Source: Eledone cirrhosa (lineage: Eukaryota). Taken from it: a stretch of DNA of 64,000 nt. This document shows, piece by piece, positions 1-10,379 of the stretch. The translations under genes and the position numbers were made by a program. How positions within the stretch are numbered: the stretch's first letter is position 1; each line of letters opens with the position of its first letter. The notes under the pieces are model-generated. The model saw only the letters and a list, made by a program, of their open reading frames with translations. It did no database searches and was not told the origin of the DNA. The stretch is taken from positions 117,118,001-117,182,000 of the forward strand of contig OZ024744.1 of assembly GCA_964016885.1 (NCBI GenBank), written 5' to 3'.

Positions 1-716
1 GACAAAGCATGTCTCTAAAATTGTCAAGAAGACTGAGGGTGTCTTGGCATCACTCAGCAAGACCTTTGTTAGCCGTTCTCCAGCCATCTATTTAAAGTTG
101 TATACAGCTATGGTGCGACCACACTTGGAATTCGCATCATCAGTCTGGAACCCCTATCTTGCTCGGAACATTGACCTCCTGCAAACTGTTCAGAGGCGTG
201 CAACTAAGCGCATACCCTCCATCAGGCATCTACCATACTCTGAACGCCTTGCTTCCCTGGGCATGGATTCATTGAAACTCCGACATCTGGCAATGGACTT
301 CGTAAACACCCACAAAGTTATTAACCATCTCGCCAACAACAACCCTGAGCACCTTTTTGATCTCCATGTGTCTAACACACGTGGACATGCCTACAAAATC
401 AGAAAACAGCACAGCTCCCATGACTTTCGGAAACATTTCTTCACGCTTAGAGTTGCTGAAGCATGGAACAAACTTCCTGCGTCAGTTGTTAGCTGCTGAG
501 ACACTGCATCCTTTAAAACCCTCATGCTTCCCAAAAGTCGCCAAAACTACACCTGATGTCCCCCTTCCATACACATGCACACATGTGTATATCATGACTC
601 ATGCACTGTTCATTTTCCTGACATTTGTACATTACCCTATGTACTATACATACACTTTTGATGAGTTGTAGTGCACCTGAGCACTGTACACAATATTTTC
701 ATTATTATTATTATTA
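1..716 (+). mobile_element. CR1/L2-clade LINE 3' fragment (ORF2 C-terminus, 3' UTR, (TTA)n tail)
   Basis: ORF 44-499 has LYTAMVRPHLEFASSVWNPY...VQRRATK...TRGHAYKI...FFTLRVAEAWNKLP, typical of the CR1 RT C-terminus. Ends in cattattattattatta at about 700-716. Confidence 0.85.
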
Positions 717-1519
717 TACACATCACATGTCTATACCAACACAGTCTCCTCTCCTACACACTACATGTAATTCCTCTTATTCCTAGTTTCTCTCTCAGTT
801 CATCCATACACATCACATGTCTATACCAACACAGTCTCCTCTCCTACACACTACATCTGATTCCTCTTATACCTAGTTTCTCTCTCAGTAGATCTATACA
901 CATAACATGTCTAACCCAAAACAGTCTCCTTACCTACACACTACATCTGATTTCTCTTATACCTAGTTTCTCTCTCAGTTCATCTATACACATCACATGT
1001 CTATACCAACACAGTCTCCTTCTCTACATCTGATTCCTCTTATACCTAGTTTCTCTCTCAGTTCATCTATACACATCACATGTCTATACCAAAACAGTCT
1101 CCTCTCCTACATCTGATTCCTCTTATACCTAGTTTCTCTCTCAGTTCATCCATACACATCACATGTCTATACCAACACAGTCTCCTTCTCTACATTTGAT
1201 TCCTCTTATACCTAGTTTCTCTCTCAGTTCATCCATACACATCACATGTCTATACCAACAGTCTCCTCTCCTACACACTACATCCGATTCCTCTTATACT
1301 TAGTTTCTCTCTCAGTTTCTCCAGACACATCACATATCTATACCAATAGAATCTCCTCTCCTACACACTACATCTGATTCCTGTTATAACTAGTTTCTCT
1401 CTCAGTTCATCCATACACATCACATGTCTATACCAAAACAGTCTCCTCTCCTACACACTACATCTGATTCCTCTCATACATAGTTTCTCTCTCAGTTCAT
1501 CCATACACATCACATGTCT
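717..1519. repeat. ~80-88 bp minisatellite (~9 copies) derived from antisense RTE ORF sequence
   Basis: Unit catccatacacatcacatgtctataccaacacagtctcctctcctacacactacatctgattcctcttatacctagtttctctctcagtt. Its reverse complement reads LREKLGIRGIRCSV*ERRLCWYRHVMCMD, matching RTE C-termini elsewhere in the window. Confidence 0.9.
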
Positions 1520-1930
1520 AGGTGTCATGACAAAAAGTACCCAGTACACACTGTAAAGTGGTCATGTGGGTGTCACAACAAAAGTACCCAGTACATATTG
1601 TAAAGTGGTCATGTTATGACACCTACATGACCACTTTACAGTGTGTACTGGGTACTTTTTGTCGTGACACCTACATGACCACTTTACAGTGTGTACTGGG
1701 TACTTTTTGTTGTGACACCTACATGACAACTTTACAGTGTGTACTGGGTACTTTTTGTTGTGACACCTACATGACCACTTTACAGTGTGTACTGGGTACT
1801 TTTTGTTGTGACACCTACATGACCACTTTACAGTGTGTACTGGGTATTTTTTGTCATGACACCTACATGACCACTTTACAGTGTGTACTGGGTTCTTTTT
1901 GTCACATCACCTAGATGACCACTTTACAAT
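1520..1930. repeat. 48-bp minisatellite with internal orientation switch
   Basis: Unit gacacctacatgaccactttacagtgtgtactgggtactttttgttgt, about 6.5 copies from ~1617, preceded by two inverted copies at 1520-1614. Confidence 0.9.
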
Positions 1931-2116
1931 ACACCCAGCATTCACTGTAAATGAGGTTGGGTTTAAGAAGGGCATCCAGCTGTAGAAATCAAGCCAGAAT
2001 CAGTTCCTGTACGAGCAAGACAAGGTCAGCTAACTGGAAACTGCCCACAACAGGACAACCCGTCTAACCTATGCTAGCGTGGAAGAACGGACGTAAAACG
2101 GTGATGATGATCATGA
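1931..2116 (+). mobile_element. RTE/SINE 3' tail fragment
   Basis: aagggcatccagctgtagaaatc...ctaacctatgctagcgtggaagaacggacgtaaaacggtgatgatg, same as the tails at 20850-20998 and 43927-44100. Confidence 0.8.
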
Positions 2117-2138
2117 TATATATATATATATATATATA

Positions 2139-2325
2139 TAGGAAAAGACTCAGGACCCTGACGACTGAGCTTGGGCCATTTTGACAGTTCAGATCTAGCT
2201 GTCGAAACGGCTGGAGGTCAGCCGTCAGGGTCCTAACTCATTTCCTATTATCCACGCAACTATCCTAAGTATTGAGTACTCTGGTGCGTTATGGTCCATC
2301 TGGTATCTTATCACACCTTCTTTGT
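2139..2325 (+). mobile_element. Short fold-back element with hammerhead-like half site, between TA tracts
   Basis: Arms taggaaa-gactcaggaccctgacgactga / tcagccgtcagggtcctaactcatttccta; GAAA-cggctg-gagg-tcagccg-TC at ~2204-2226. Confidence 0.5.
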
Positions 2326-2340
2326 TATATATATATATAT

Positions 2341-2850
2341 ATTTATTAAAATAACAGATTAAAGTTTAAGCAAAGAATCGTTGCTTTCACCCTTAACGGG
2401 ATCTTCTGAAACTAACAAAGTCAATCTGTGAACGCAGAAGTGAATATTTCAAAAAACACTGCAACGGGAGGAAGACAGGAAGATGATACTTTGGTTCGTG
2501 GAAACGTTCCCTGGCAAAGAACGGGAAAAAACGAATATAATACGTCATTAATAGGAGCGGTGAAAAACAATTATACTCAAAGACAGAACCACGTTTAGGT
2601 ATAAAAGAAGTTGTAGACTAATGTTCTCTTAGGTCGTTCATAGAGACGTTCTCTGGCAATGAACGGAAAAAAACTCCGGTTGCAACGTTTTTTGAAATAT
2701 CCACTTCTGCGTTTACAGATTGACTTTGTTAGTTTCAGAAGATCCCGTTAAGGGTGAAAGCAGCGATTCTTTGCTTAAACTTTAATCTGTTATTTTAATA
2801 AATATTTGCTCTACGGTTCTTATATATTTGATATATATTTATCCTTATCT
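2341..2850. mobile_element. Fold-back element with ~115-bp inverted arms, probably Penelope-derived, with degenerate HHR
   Basis: 2341-2457 is the reverse complement of ~2687-2803. The right arm has CAGAAGA-tcccgttaagggt-GAAA at 2736-2759. Pieces recur at 19178-19225 and 19321-19430. Confidence 0.65.
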
Positions 2851-2888
2851 TTAGATTTTAATCTTCAAATTTATTATTATTACTATAT

Positions 2889-3234
2889 GGAGGCACATGG
2901 CTTAGTGGTTAGAGCATTGGCCTTGCAATCGAAAGGTTGTGAGTTCAATTCTCAGTCCGGGTGATGTGTTGTTTCCTTGAGCAAGACACTTTATTTCACA
3001 TTGCTCCAGTTTACTCAGCTGTAAAAATGAGATGATAGGACTGAGGTCCCTATCATTCCACTGCAAAGTGGTCGTGGAGGTGCCACGGCAAAAAACCACC
3101 CAGCACTCACTGTAAATGAGGTTGGTGTTAGGAAGGGCATCCAGCTGTAGAAATCAAGCCAGACTCAGTTCCCGTCCCACCCTTGCAAGCAGGGAAAAAG
3201 CGGACGTAAAATGAAATGATGATGATGATGATGA
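2889..3234 (+). mobile_element. tRNA-derived CORE-type SINE with RTE-derived 3' tail
   Basis: A box tggcttagtgg, B box gttcaattc, CORE-like ccttgagcaagacactt...cagtttactcagctgtaaaaatg, tail cccttgcaagcagggaaaaagcggacgtaaaatg(atg)n shared with the RTE at 52070-52122. Confidence 0.85.
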
Positions 3235-4548
3235 TATATATCTATATATATACTGATCTCTCAGATCCCTGGCTTCTCTGAGAGGTCAGTAGTCCAACTC
3301 TAGTACCGACATGGTCTATATAGACCTCTCCAACTGTTGCTAGCTGGGAAAGCCGACGTTAAAATGATGATGATATTACTAACCTAACTTGTTTACTGAA
3401 ATGAGAGATAGTGTAAGTTAGTAGTGACATTCCTCAAGTCTGTGTCACCAGTACAAATTCTGCAAAAAGCATATTTTTGCATCTAAATACAAACATAAAT
3501 ACTCCTTCCTACCTTCCTACACTGCACACATAGATCTCAATTATGATCAAATGTTTTAAATCTTTTCATATTAATTTATATGAAACCACCCCTATTTATG
3601 TTAAAGTTATGTTCCAAACACCCTTGGTTCTATCATACAAATATGTTTATGTTAAAGCAGTGGTCGCCAACATGGGTTCCGCGGAACCTTGGGGTTCCGT
3701 AAAACAAACTCCGGGTTCCTTAAAAAAATAAATATTTACATTACCATTAATATTTTGGGTTTTCTGAAAAAGGTGCAAAGAAAATGCCAAAGGTGCAATG
3801 TATAAATGAACGAGTACTATTGTAGTGTACACAGGTTCTCCACTCCAATTCGTGGAAAACACCACTTTCAGTTACTCACTTGAATTAGCAGAAAAACACT
3901 GTTCTGAGATTCGTGAAAATTGAATACTTTCAATTTCACATCAATTCTTGGAACGACATAGTTTTCTGAATTCCGAGACTACTACAGATAGTACACTAAT
4001 TGAACTTAGAAATTGACCAATCACGAACAAGTAAATGTTGGTCGATAACAGCATAACTTTAAACTGAAAACTTCAGTTCAGCGAGGTCTCTCAGCCGAGA
4101 GACAGGGTCAGTTCGCTGTTCTCACAACGTAAGTTCAGTAGAATGTTTTCAATAGAGAACACGTTTTAATCTGCTGTCCTCACAAAAGTTTTAAAGTCGC
4201 CTAAAGTTTCCTCACAGAGTGAACTCACTTACTAGTCGTTTTCAACATGCATCCGGTTCTGCAGACAATTCTAAATAAGAACACGTTACATTCTGTTGTA
4301 CTTTGCACAGAAAATATAACGCCTGTAAAGTTTCGACTACTAACAAAGGTAATTTTGTATTCCCTGCATACACTATAAACTTTGCCACACAATTATGTAT
4401 TCATTTGATGACATCTGCATTCACAATTGAGAAATTACTTTATACAATAAATATATATGTCCAAAATCATTTGACTAAACTTTATTTGTTCCAATCTAAT
4501 ATATGTTTAACGCTGCCTAAAGCCTTCTTATATTATATCTAACTTTGA

Positions 4549-4634
4549 AAGTTGACTTTGCCTTACGGGGTCGATAAAATAAAGTACCAGTAATGCACTG
4601 GGTAATTGCTGGCCTTGTGCCTAAAGTAGAAACA
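4549..4634 (+). mobile_element. 5'-truncated SINE (Meta/Sauria-like central domain) with 17-bp TSD
   Basis: gttgactttgccttacggggtcgataaaataaagtaccag...gtagaaaca flanked by attatatctaactttga at 4532-4548 and 4635-4651. Confidence 0.85.
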
Positions 4635-5250
4635 ATTATATCTAACTTTGAGTCAAAATAGATAGAAGATATCTGAATTAATTTCCAATACCATCGTCAC
4701 ATCTTCTACACTATCAGCTGATTTGCATTTTTTTGCACCTTTTAGTATGGCGGATATTTAAATATATTTACATTACCAATAATATTTAATACGACCCTAA
4801 AGTAGTATATGCAGGAAGTGCTGGACTCTGAAAAAGATTTCTTCTAGTTGTTTATAAATTTTCACCTTTTTCAGTAACCCCTAATATTTTAATATTATTA
4901 TAAGACTTTAAATAATATGTTTGCCATCCTAAAATGGAGAAATTTCAATTTTTAAAAATTAAACATTTTTTTTAACTAGTTAAGTTTTTCCAAATATCTA
5001 AAATTAAAGTTAATTTAAGTACTTTTTGTAATAAAAAAAACTTAATTTCTCTTGTTTATTAATGTCATATTAAAAATGTTAACTGTAGATAAACAACTTG
5101 ATATGATGTCTACTGCAAAGAAGCTGAAGTTAGATACCAGCAGTAAGGTTAGACAGTGGTGTGATGATTATGTTAGATATGGATTTCAAAAAGCTGACAC
5201 TAAAAAAGATACACCAGATCAGCCCATGTGTTTGCTATGTTCAAAAGTTT

Positions 5251-5984
5251 TTTAGGGAATTGGTCACAGGGTTATTTACTTTGGTAAACGCCACTGCAGG
5301 CCAACCACTAATTAAATTCGATACAGATATAATAAGGTTAACAAACTTACTTGTGAGTGAACTGACCGAGAGCCGGTCGCCAAATAAGCAGCATGGTAAA
5401 TTAAATGTTATTGAGACACGAGTAACATAATAATGATGTCAACAGCAGAAATTAGCGATGAAATGTATGTTTATTTTTGTTGTAGCACAAATAATTGTTT
5501 CTACTTTAGGCACCAGGCCAGCAATTACCCAGTGTATTACTGGTACTTTATTTTATCGACCCCGTAAGGATGAAAGGCAAAGTCAACCTCGGCGGGATTT
5601 GAACTCATATCGTAAAGGGACGTAACTATGCTGGAAAGCATGGCGTCCGACCCTCTACCGATACTGCCAATCCACCACCCTTTGTAGCACAAATAATGTT
5701 GGTTTACTTGTATGGTTGAAGTTACACATAAAAATGAGGTTACAAAAGGGAATGTCATTGCGCCGGAAAGTCGGCAGATTAAGGTGCAAAATCTCACCGT
5801 CACATGTACGTGTTGCTGGTTCGAAGTCCCTGGTGCGAGAGAGAGAGATTCTTCAAATCTTCGCGGGTAATTTCTCCCTCAGGACGCGTAGGGATACATC
5901 CTCCTCTACTGGCGCTGATTGGCTGAGCTGAGCCAAATCACGCACAGAGAATGTATGTGAGCCCGCGGAATGTAGGTCACTACA
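5251..5984. mobile_element. Probable solo LTR inserted in the hAT zinc-finger coding region
   Basis: Termini t(t)tag...ctaca (TG..CA-like), 4-bp flanks gttt/gttc. Removing it restores SKV-LSNS in the transposase. CCAAT box and AATAAA on the minus strand. Confidence 0.55.
5496..5681 (-). mobile_element. Full-length tRNA-derived SINE (Meta/Sauria-like domain) with 16-bp TSD
   Basis: TSD ttgtagcacaaataat at 5480-5495 and 5682-5697; B box gagttcaaatcc on the minus strand; same family as 14651-14833. Confidence 0.85.
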
Positions 5985-6886
5985 GTTCTATCAAATAGCT
6001 GTTTAAATCCTGCAAAACTTAAAAGACACCTTGATACTAATCACACCAATGATAAAAGCAAGTCACTAGAATACTTTACTTCGCTGAAAAACAACATAAA
6101 AAAATCACAAGCTAATATGTATGACTCGTTTTGTAAAAAGTCAGATAGAAATAAAGCTTTAACAAGAACATCTTTTGAAATTTCACATTTGATTTTTAAA
6201 AACAAGAAACCATTTACATTAGGAGAACAGTTAATTCTGCCAAGTATAAAAATTGCTACAGAGAATCTTTTTGAAAGCTGCAGTATTAAGGACAAAGAAA
6301 AATTAAGCCAGTTACCATTGTCAGCAAATACCGTAAAAAGAAGGATAATTGATATTTCTTCTGATATAGAAAATCAGATACTAACTGCACTAAAGAAAAG
6401 CACATGTTTTGGACTGCAAGTGGACGAAACTACGGATATTAATAACAAGGCTCAATTAATTTGCTATGTACGGTTTGTAGACCTTGATAAAAAAGAATTA
6501 GTAGAAGAGTATTTGTTTTGTCTGGTATTAGACATCACAACTAAAGGTCAAGATATATTCAATAATATTGAAGAGTATTTTTTAAAAAATGGTGTATCTT
6601 GGAGCAAGTTGACTTCAATAACAACAGATGGAGCAGCTGCAATGACTGGTAAAAATTCTGGTTTGATTGCAAAAATTAAAGAACAAACCCCAAATTGTAT
6701 TTCAAATCATTGTATGATTCATTGAGAGGTTTTGTGTTAAAAAACATTCAAAGACAGAGATGCTCAAATATTAAATGACCAGTTGAAAGACATTGTCAAA
6801 ATTATCAATTTGATCCATGCAAGAGCAAAAAATTCTAGAATGTTTGAATCTATTTGTGAATCTTCTGGAAGTAATTATAATAGATT

Positions 6887-7027
6887 TATTTCTTTATTAG
6901 CCACAGGGGCACAAAAGAAGGGGACAAATACAAAGGGGGAAGTTTACATACAATAAAAACGTGTAAAATGTTATCACAAATGGAATTTAAAAAGTTAGTC
7001 GATTTTCCCCAATAGAGGGAGACAGTT
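6887..7027 (-). mobile_element. Extreme 3' fragment of a Tx1-like LINE with 6-bp TSD
   Basis: tttctttattagccacaggggcacaaaagaaggggacaaatacaaaggggggaagtttacata resembles 32407-32470. TSD tagatt at 6881-6886 and 7028-7033. Confidence 0.8.
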
Positions 7028-8033
7028 TAGATTGTTATTGAACAATGATGTGCGTTGACTGTCTTTTGGGGATGCTATGAAGAAAGTTTTTGAACTGAGA
7101 GAAGAAATAATAGTTTTTCTAAAAAAACAGAATGATGAAAGAGCAAGTGTATTAGAAACCAATGAATGGAATGTGCAACTCGCTTATTTAGTAGACATTT
7201 TTGGTGAACTGAACAAACTAAATAAGTGTCTTCAGGGTAACAATGCAGATATTTTTACTTCAATTTTATTACATATTTTCAATCAAAATTAAACATCTTT
7301 ATAAAAAGAATTGAATCGGACAATTATTCATTACTTTCAAACCTTGAAATAGAGCTTAAAAAGAGAGAAGATTTTTACTCCAGCAATCTAAAGAAGATTA
7401 TTCTTTCTCATTTAAATGTGCTTTCCACAAGTTTTTCAGATTATTTTGACTTGATGGAAAAAGATATTGTTAGCGGAAATTTATGGATAAAAAACCCGTT
7501 CACCGAGATCGAGCAGTTAGTGTCAGAAAATGACGCTGGAAATTGTAAAAATGTACTACCTGCCCAATGCTTACATCAGTTGATGGATTTGAATTCAAAC
7601 GAAAACCTGAAAGTGATATTTGAAAGCAGAAAGAAAGAACTATGGATCGACTTATTCTTGATTGGGTAGTTTAATGAAATCAGCCAACTTGCATTGAAGT
7701 ATTTGACTTTATTCCCATCTAGCTACTTGTGCGAAGGGTTTTCGCAGTTGGTAGAAATCTGCATAAGGGAAGATGAATAAACTGTCAGCAATTGACGAGT
7801 GTATGAGACTGGCATTAACTAGTGTTGAACCTCGATTTTCTAAACTCACTGATGAGGCGCAGCAGCAGAAAAGCCACTAGTTAATTGTGTTCGATTACAT
7901 ACACACGCATGAAACACTAAAATAAATAAATACTTTATTATTTTTTTTTGAAAAGTTTTGTATTGTATAGGTTCCGTGAAGAATTCAAAATATTTAGAGG
8001 GTTCCTCGGTTTTAGAAAGGTTGGCGACCACTG

Positions 8034-8720
8034 CTATAGTAGACACTGTCTAACATACCACACAGTAGGACTGACCACAAGACATTGGTAAACCTAAGGC
8101 TACAGTAGACACTGTCCAAGGTACCACACAGTAGGACTGACCACAAGACATTGGTCAACCTAAGACTACAGTAAACACTCTCCTAGGTACAGTAGAACGG
8201 ACCACAAGACATTTGTTAACCTAAGGCTACAGTAGATACTGTCCAAGGTACCACACAGTAGGACTGACCACAAGACATTGGTCAACCTAAGGCTACAGTA
8301 GACAGTGTCCAATGTACCACACAGTAGGACAGACCACAAGACATTGGTCAACCTGAGGCTACAGTAGACACTGTCTAACATACCACACAGTAGGACTGAC
8401 CACAAGACATTGGTCAACCTAAGGCTACAGTAGACACTGTCCAAGGTACCACACAGTAGGACTGACCACAAGACATTGGTCAACCTAAGGCTACAGTAGA
8501 TACTGTCCAAGGTACCACACAGTAGGGCTGACCACAAGACATTGGTCAACCCGAGGCTACAGTAGACAGTCCAAGGTACTACAAAGTAGACTGACTACAA
8601 GACATTGGTCAACCTAAGGCTACAGTAGACACTGTCCAAGGTACCACACAGTAGGACTGACCACAAGACATTATTCAACCTAAGGCTACAGTAGACAATG
8701 TCCAAGGTACAGTAGGACTG
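8034..8720. repeat. 66-bp minisatellite (~10 copies)
   Basis: Unit ctacagtagacactgtccaaggtaccacacagtaggactgaccacaagacattggtcaacctaagg. Confidence 0.95.
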
Positions 8721-8804
8721 AATCTGAACCTGAAACTATGTAATCCCAAAACAAACATCCTCATCACACAGCCAATCCTTCTCACCACTAAAGAATATAT
8801 ATAT

Positions 8805-9021
8805 TCCAATATTTTGGAATAATTGAAGTTGTTTCTTGAATACCAGAACCCATGTTTGGGGAACTATAATAGTAAAACTGACTTATTTTAGCTGGTCTAG
8901 CTTCATTTTGGGGAGATACAAGTGAAATTCACTAAAACAAAAGTTAATTTTAACTTATATAAAACCCCAATCATGGTTTCTGGAACTCAAGATACAATAT
9001 CGGGAAGCTCCAAGACATTGG
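8805..9021. mobile_element. Degenerate palindromic MITE-like element
   Basis: ttgtttcttgaataccagaacccatg (~8829-8854) is inverted as catggtttctggaactcaagatacaa (~8972-8997); a similar arm occurs at ~39729-39756. Confidence 0.45.
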
Positions 9022-9328
9022 AATAGCCAATATTAGAAGAATATATATTTCTCCATTGAGAGGTGAATTCTTCATAGTAATAAGGGGTCAATTTGAATAT
9101 ATATCATGCATACCATGTCATTGCTAGACCCCATGGTGAACAAGGTGTTACAACCATGAATTATGGTATATTTTCTACTGTATTAGGATAATATGACAGG
9201 CTTATATCAGCACTAGAAATAGCAGCCAAAACCGTCTAAAGCTGCTTAAAAATGATGGAGCAGTCCATATATATATATATATGTCAATATATATATATAT
9301 ATAAAATCAGAATGAATGGAGGAGATCG

Positions 9329-9453
9329 TAATACATTTAAAACCAAACCTTACATCTTACAGTGTTTTGTCTATACAATATCAAATAACAGTTATTCAAG
9401 GTTGTATAGATGAAACACTGTGTAAGATGTAAAGTTTGGTTTTAAATGTATTA
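9329..9453. other. ~50-bp-arm hairpin with HHR 3' half (GAAA-cactgtg-UA)
   Basis: taatacatttaaaaccaaaccttacatcttacagtgttttgtctatacaa / ttgtatagatgaaacactgtgtaagatgtaaagtttggttttaaatgtatta. Confidence 0.7.
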
Positions 9454-9635
9454 CCTTCGCCACCATATAGTCTGATTATACCTGCTCTGCTTACCTTCTG
9501 CGCTTAACTCTCATTAAATATTAACCTTTCTGTGATATTTAACACTGCATTGAGCACACCTTGCTTCAGCTATTGGTGTCTAGTATACTGTATCACACTT
9601 TTTCTCTTTCCTCCATTCTTATGATACATATCTCT

Positions 9636-9692
<57 letters not shown>

Positions 9693-10379
9693 AGTACATT
9701 CTTGGGGTGTCATAGCTTTGGTTGTTGTTGTTGTTATTATTTTCTTCTACTGGCAGATGTACCGCCGTGAAAATGATAAATTATAACAGTTTTTGTTTTT
9801 TTTTCAAAATATAAAATTAATATAAATAAAAACACAATATTGAATCTGTAATTATTTTCCCGTTGCCCTAGTTATAACCAAATAGTTTTTGATATTACTT
9901 ACTGCTGTCTAGTGTTAAATAAATAAAAATAAATAAAATTTTAAAACTACAACAACAACATGTTATATTAAAGACAGTTGTGGAGTCAAGAAGAAGACCA
10001 TATTTTTAATATATTATTTCACAGAGAATATTTACATATACTTTAATGCCTTATCGGACAATGGAAAGGTCAAGGGTGCCAGATACTGCTCTACCATTGT
10101 TTCAGTTTTCCTGTTACATTCACTTCCTGTTAACTCTTTTATTGTCATATTTCTTATAAAAGACATTGCTTGTATGTTTTTGAGTAATTTTGAAAATTAT
10201 AAAGAATTTGGAGGGATTTAATATAACTGGTTTTCTTATTAACTTGGTGTTTGGAACATAACGTAACTGAGGTTCTTACATAAAATTATGATGGAAGGTT
10301 TTTAGATAAATATAAACACTTTAACATAAACAGTTTTGTATGATAGAACCTGGGGTGTTTGGAACATAACTTAACAACA

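Larger units (their letters stand above)
5103..7880 (+). pseudogene. hAT transposase pseudogene (stops, frameshifts, two insertions)
   Basis: ORF pieces 5052-5255, 6117-6725, 7077-7292 and 7418-7669 are collinear with a Buster-type transposase. Confidence 0.85.
3658..8033 (+). mobile_element. hAT DNA transposon (Buster/Charlie, ZBED5/GTF2IRD2-like transposase), decayed, with nested insertions
   Basis: 14-bp TIRs cagtggtcgccaac (3658-3671) / gttggcgaccactg (8020-8033). Transposase fragments: YVRYGF..PMCLLCSKV|LSNSCLNPAKLKRHL, KKPFTLGEQLILP, LQVDETTDI, ITTDGAAAMTG, HCMIH, VR*LS, LAYLVDIFGELNKLN, FPSSYLCE-GFS. Confidence 0.9.

Noticed and set aside
2152-2234. Complete hammerhead at aggacc-CUGACGA...GAAA...GUC
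   Set aside because: The CUGACG is just the inverted copy of the downstream cgtcag, stem I is out of register by one base and stem II does not close. Counted only as a half site.
3821-4290. Second solo LTR (tgtagtgt...acacgttaca) inside the hAT element
   Set aside because: TG..CA ends are present but the flanks (ctat/ttct) do not form a TSD, so support is insufficient.
9745-9790. Additional host exon after ctactggcag
   Set aside because: An acceptor-like site exists, but all three frames hit stops within about 30 nt and no donor follows.
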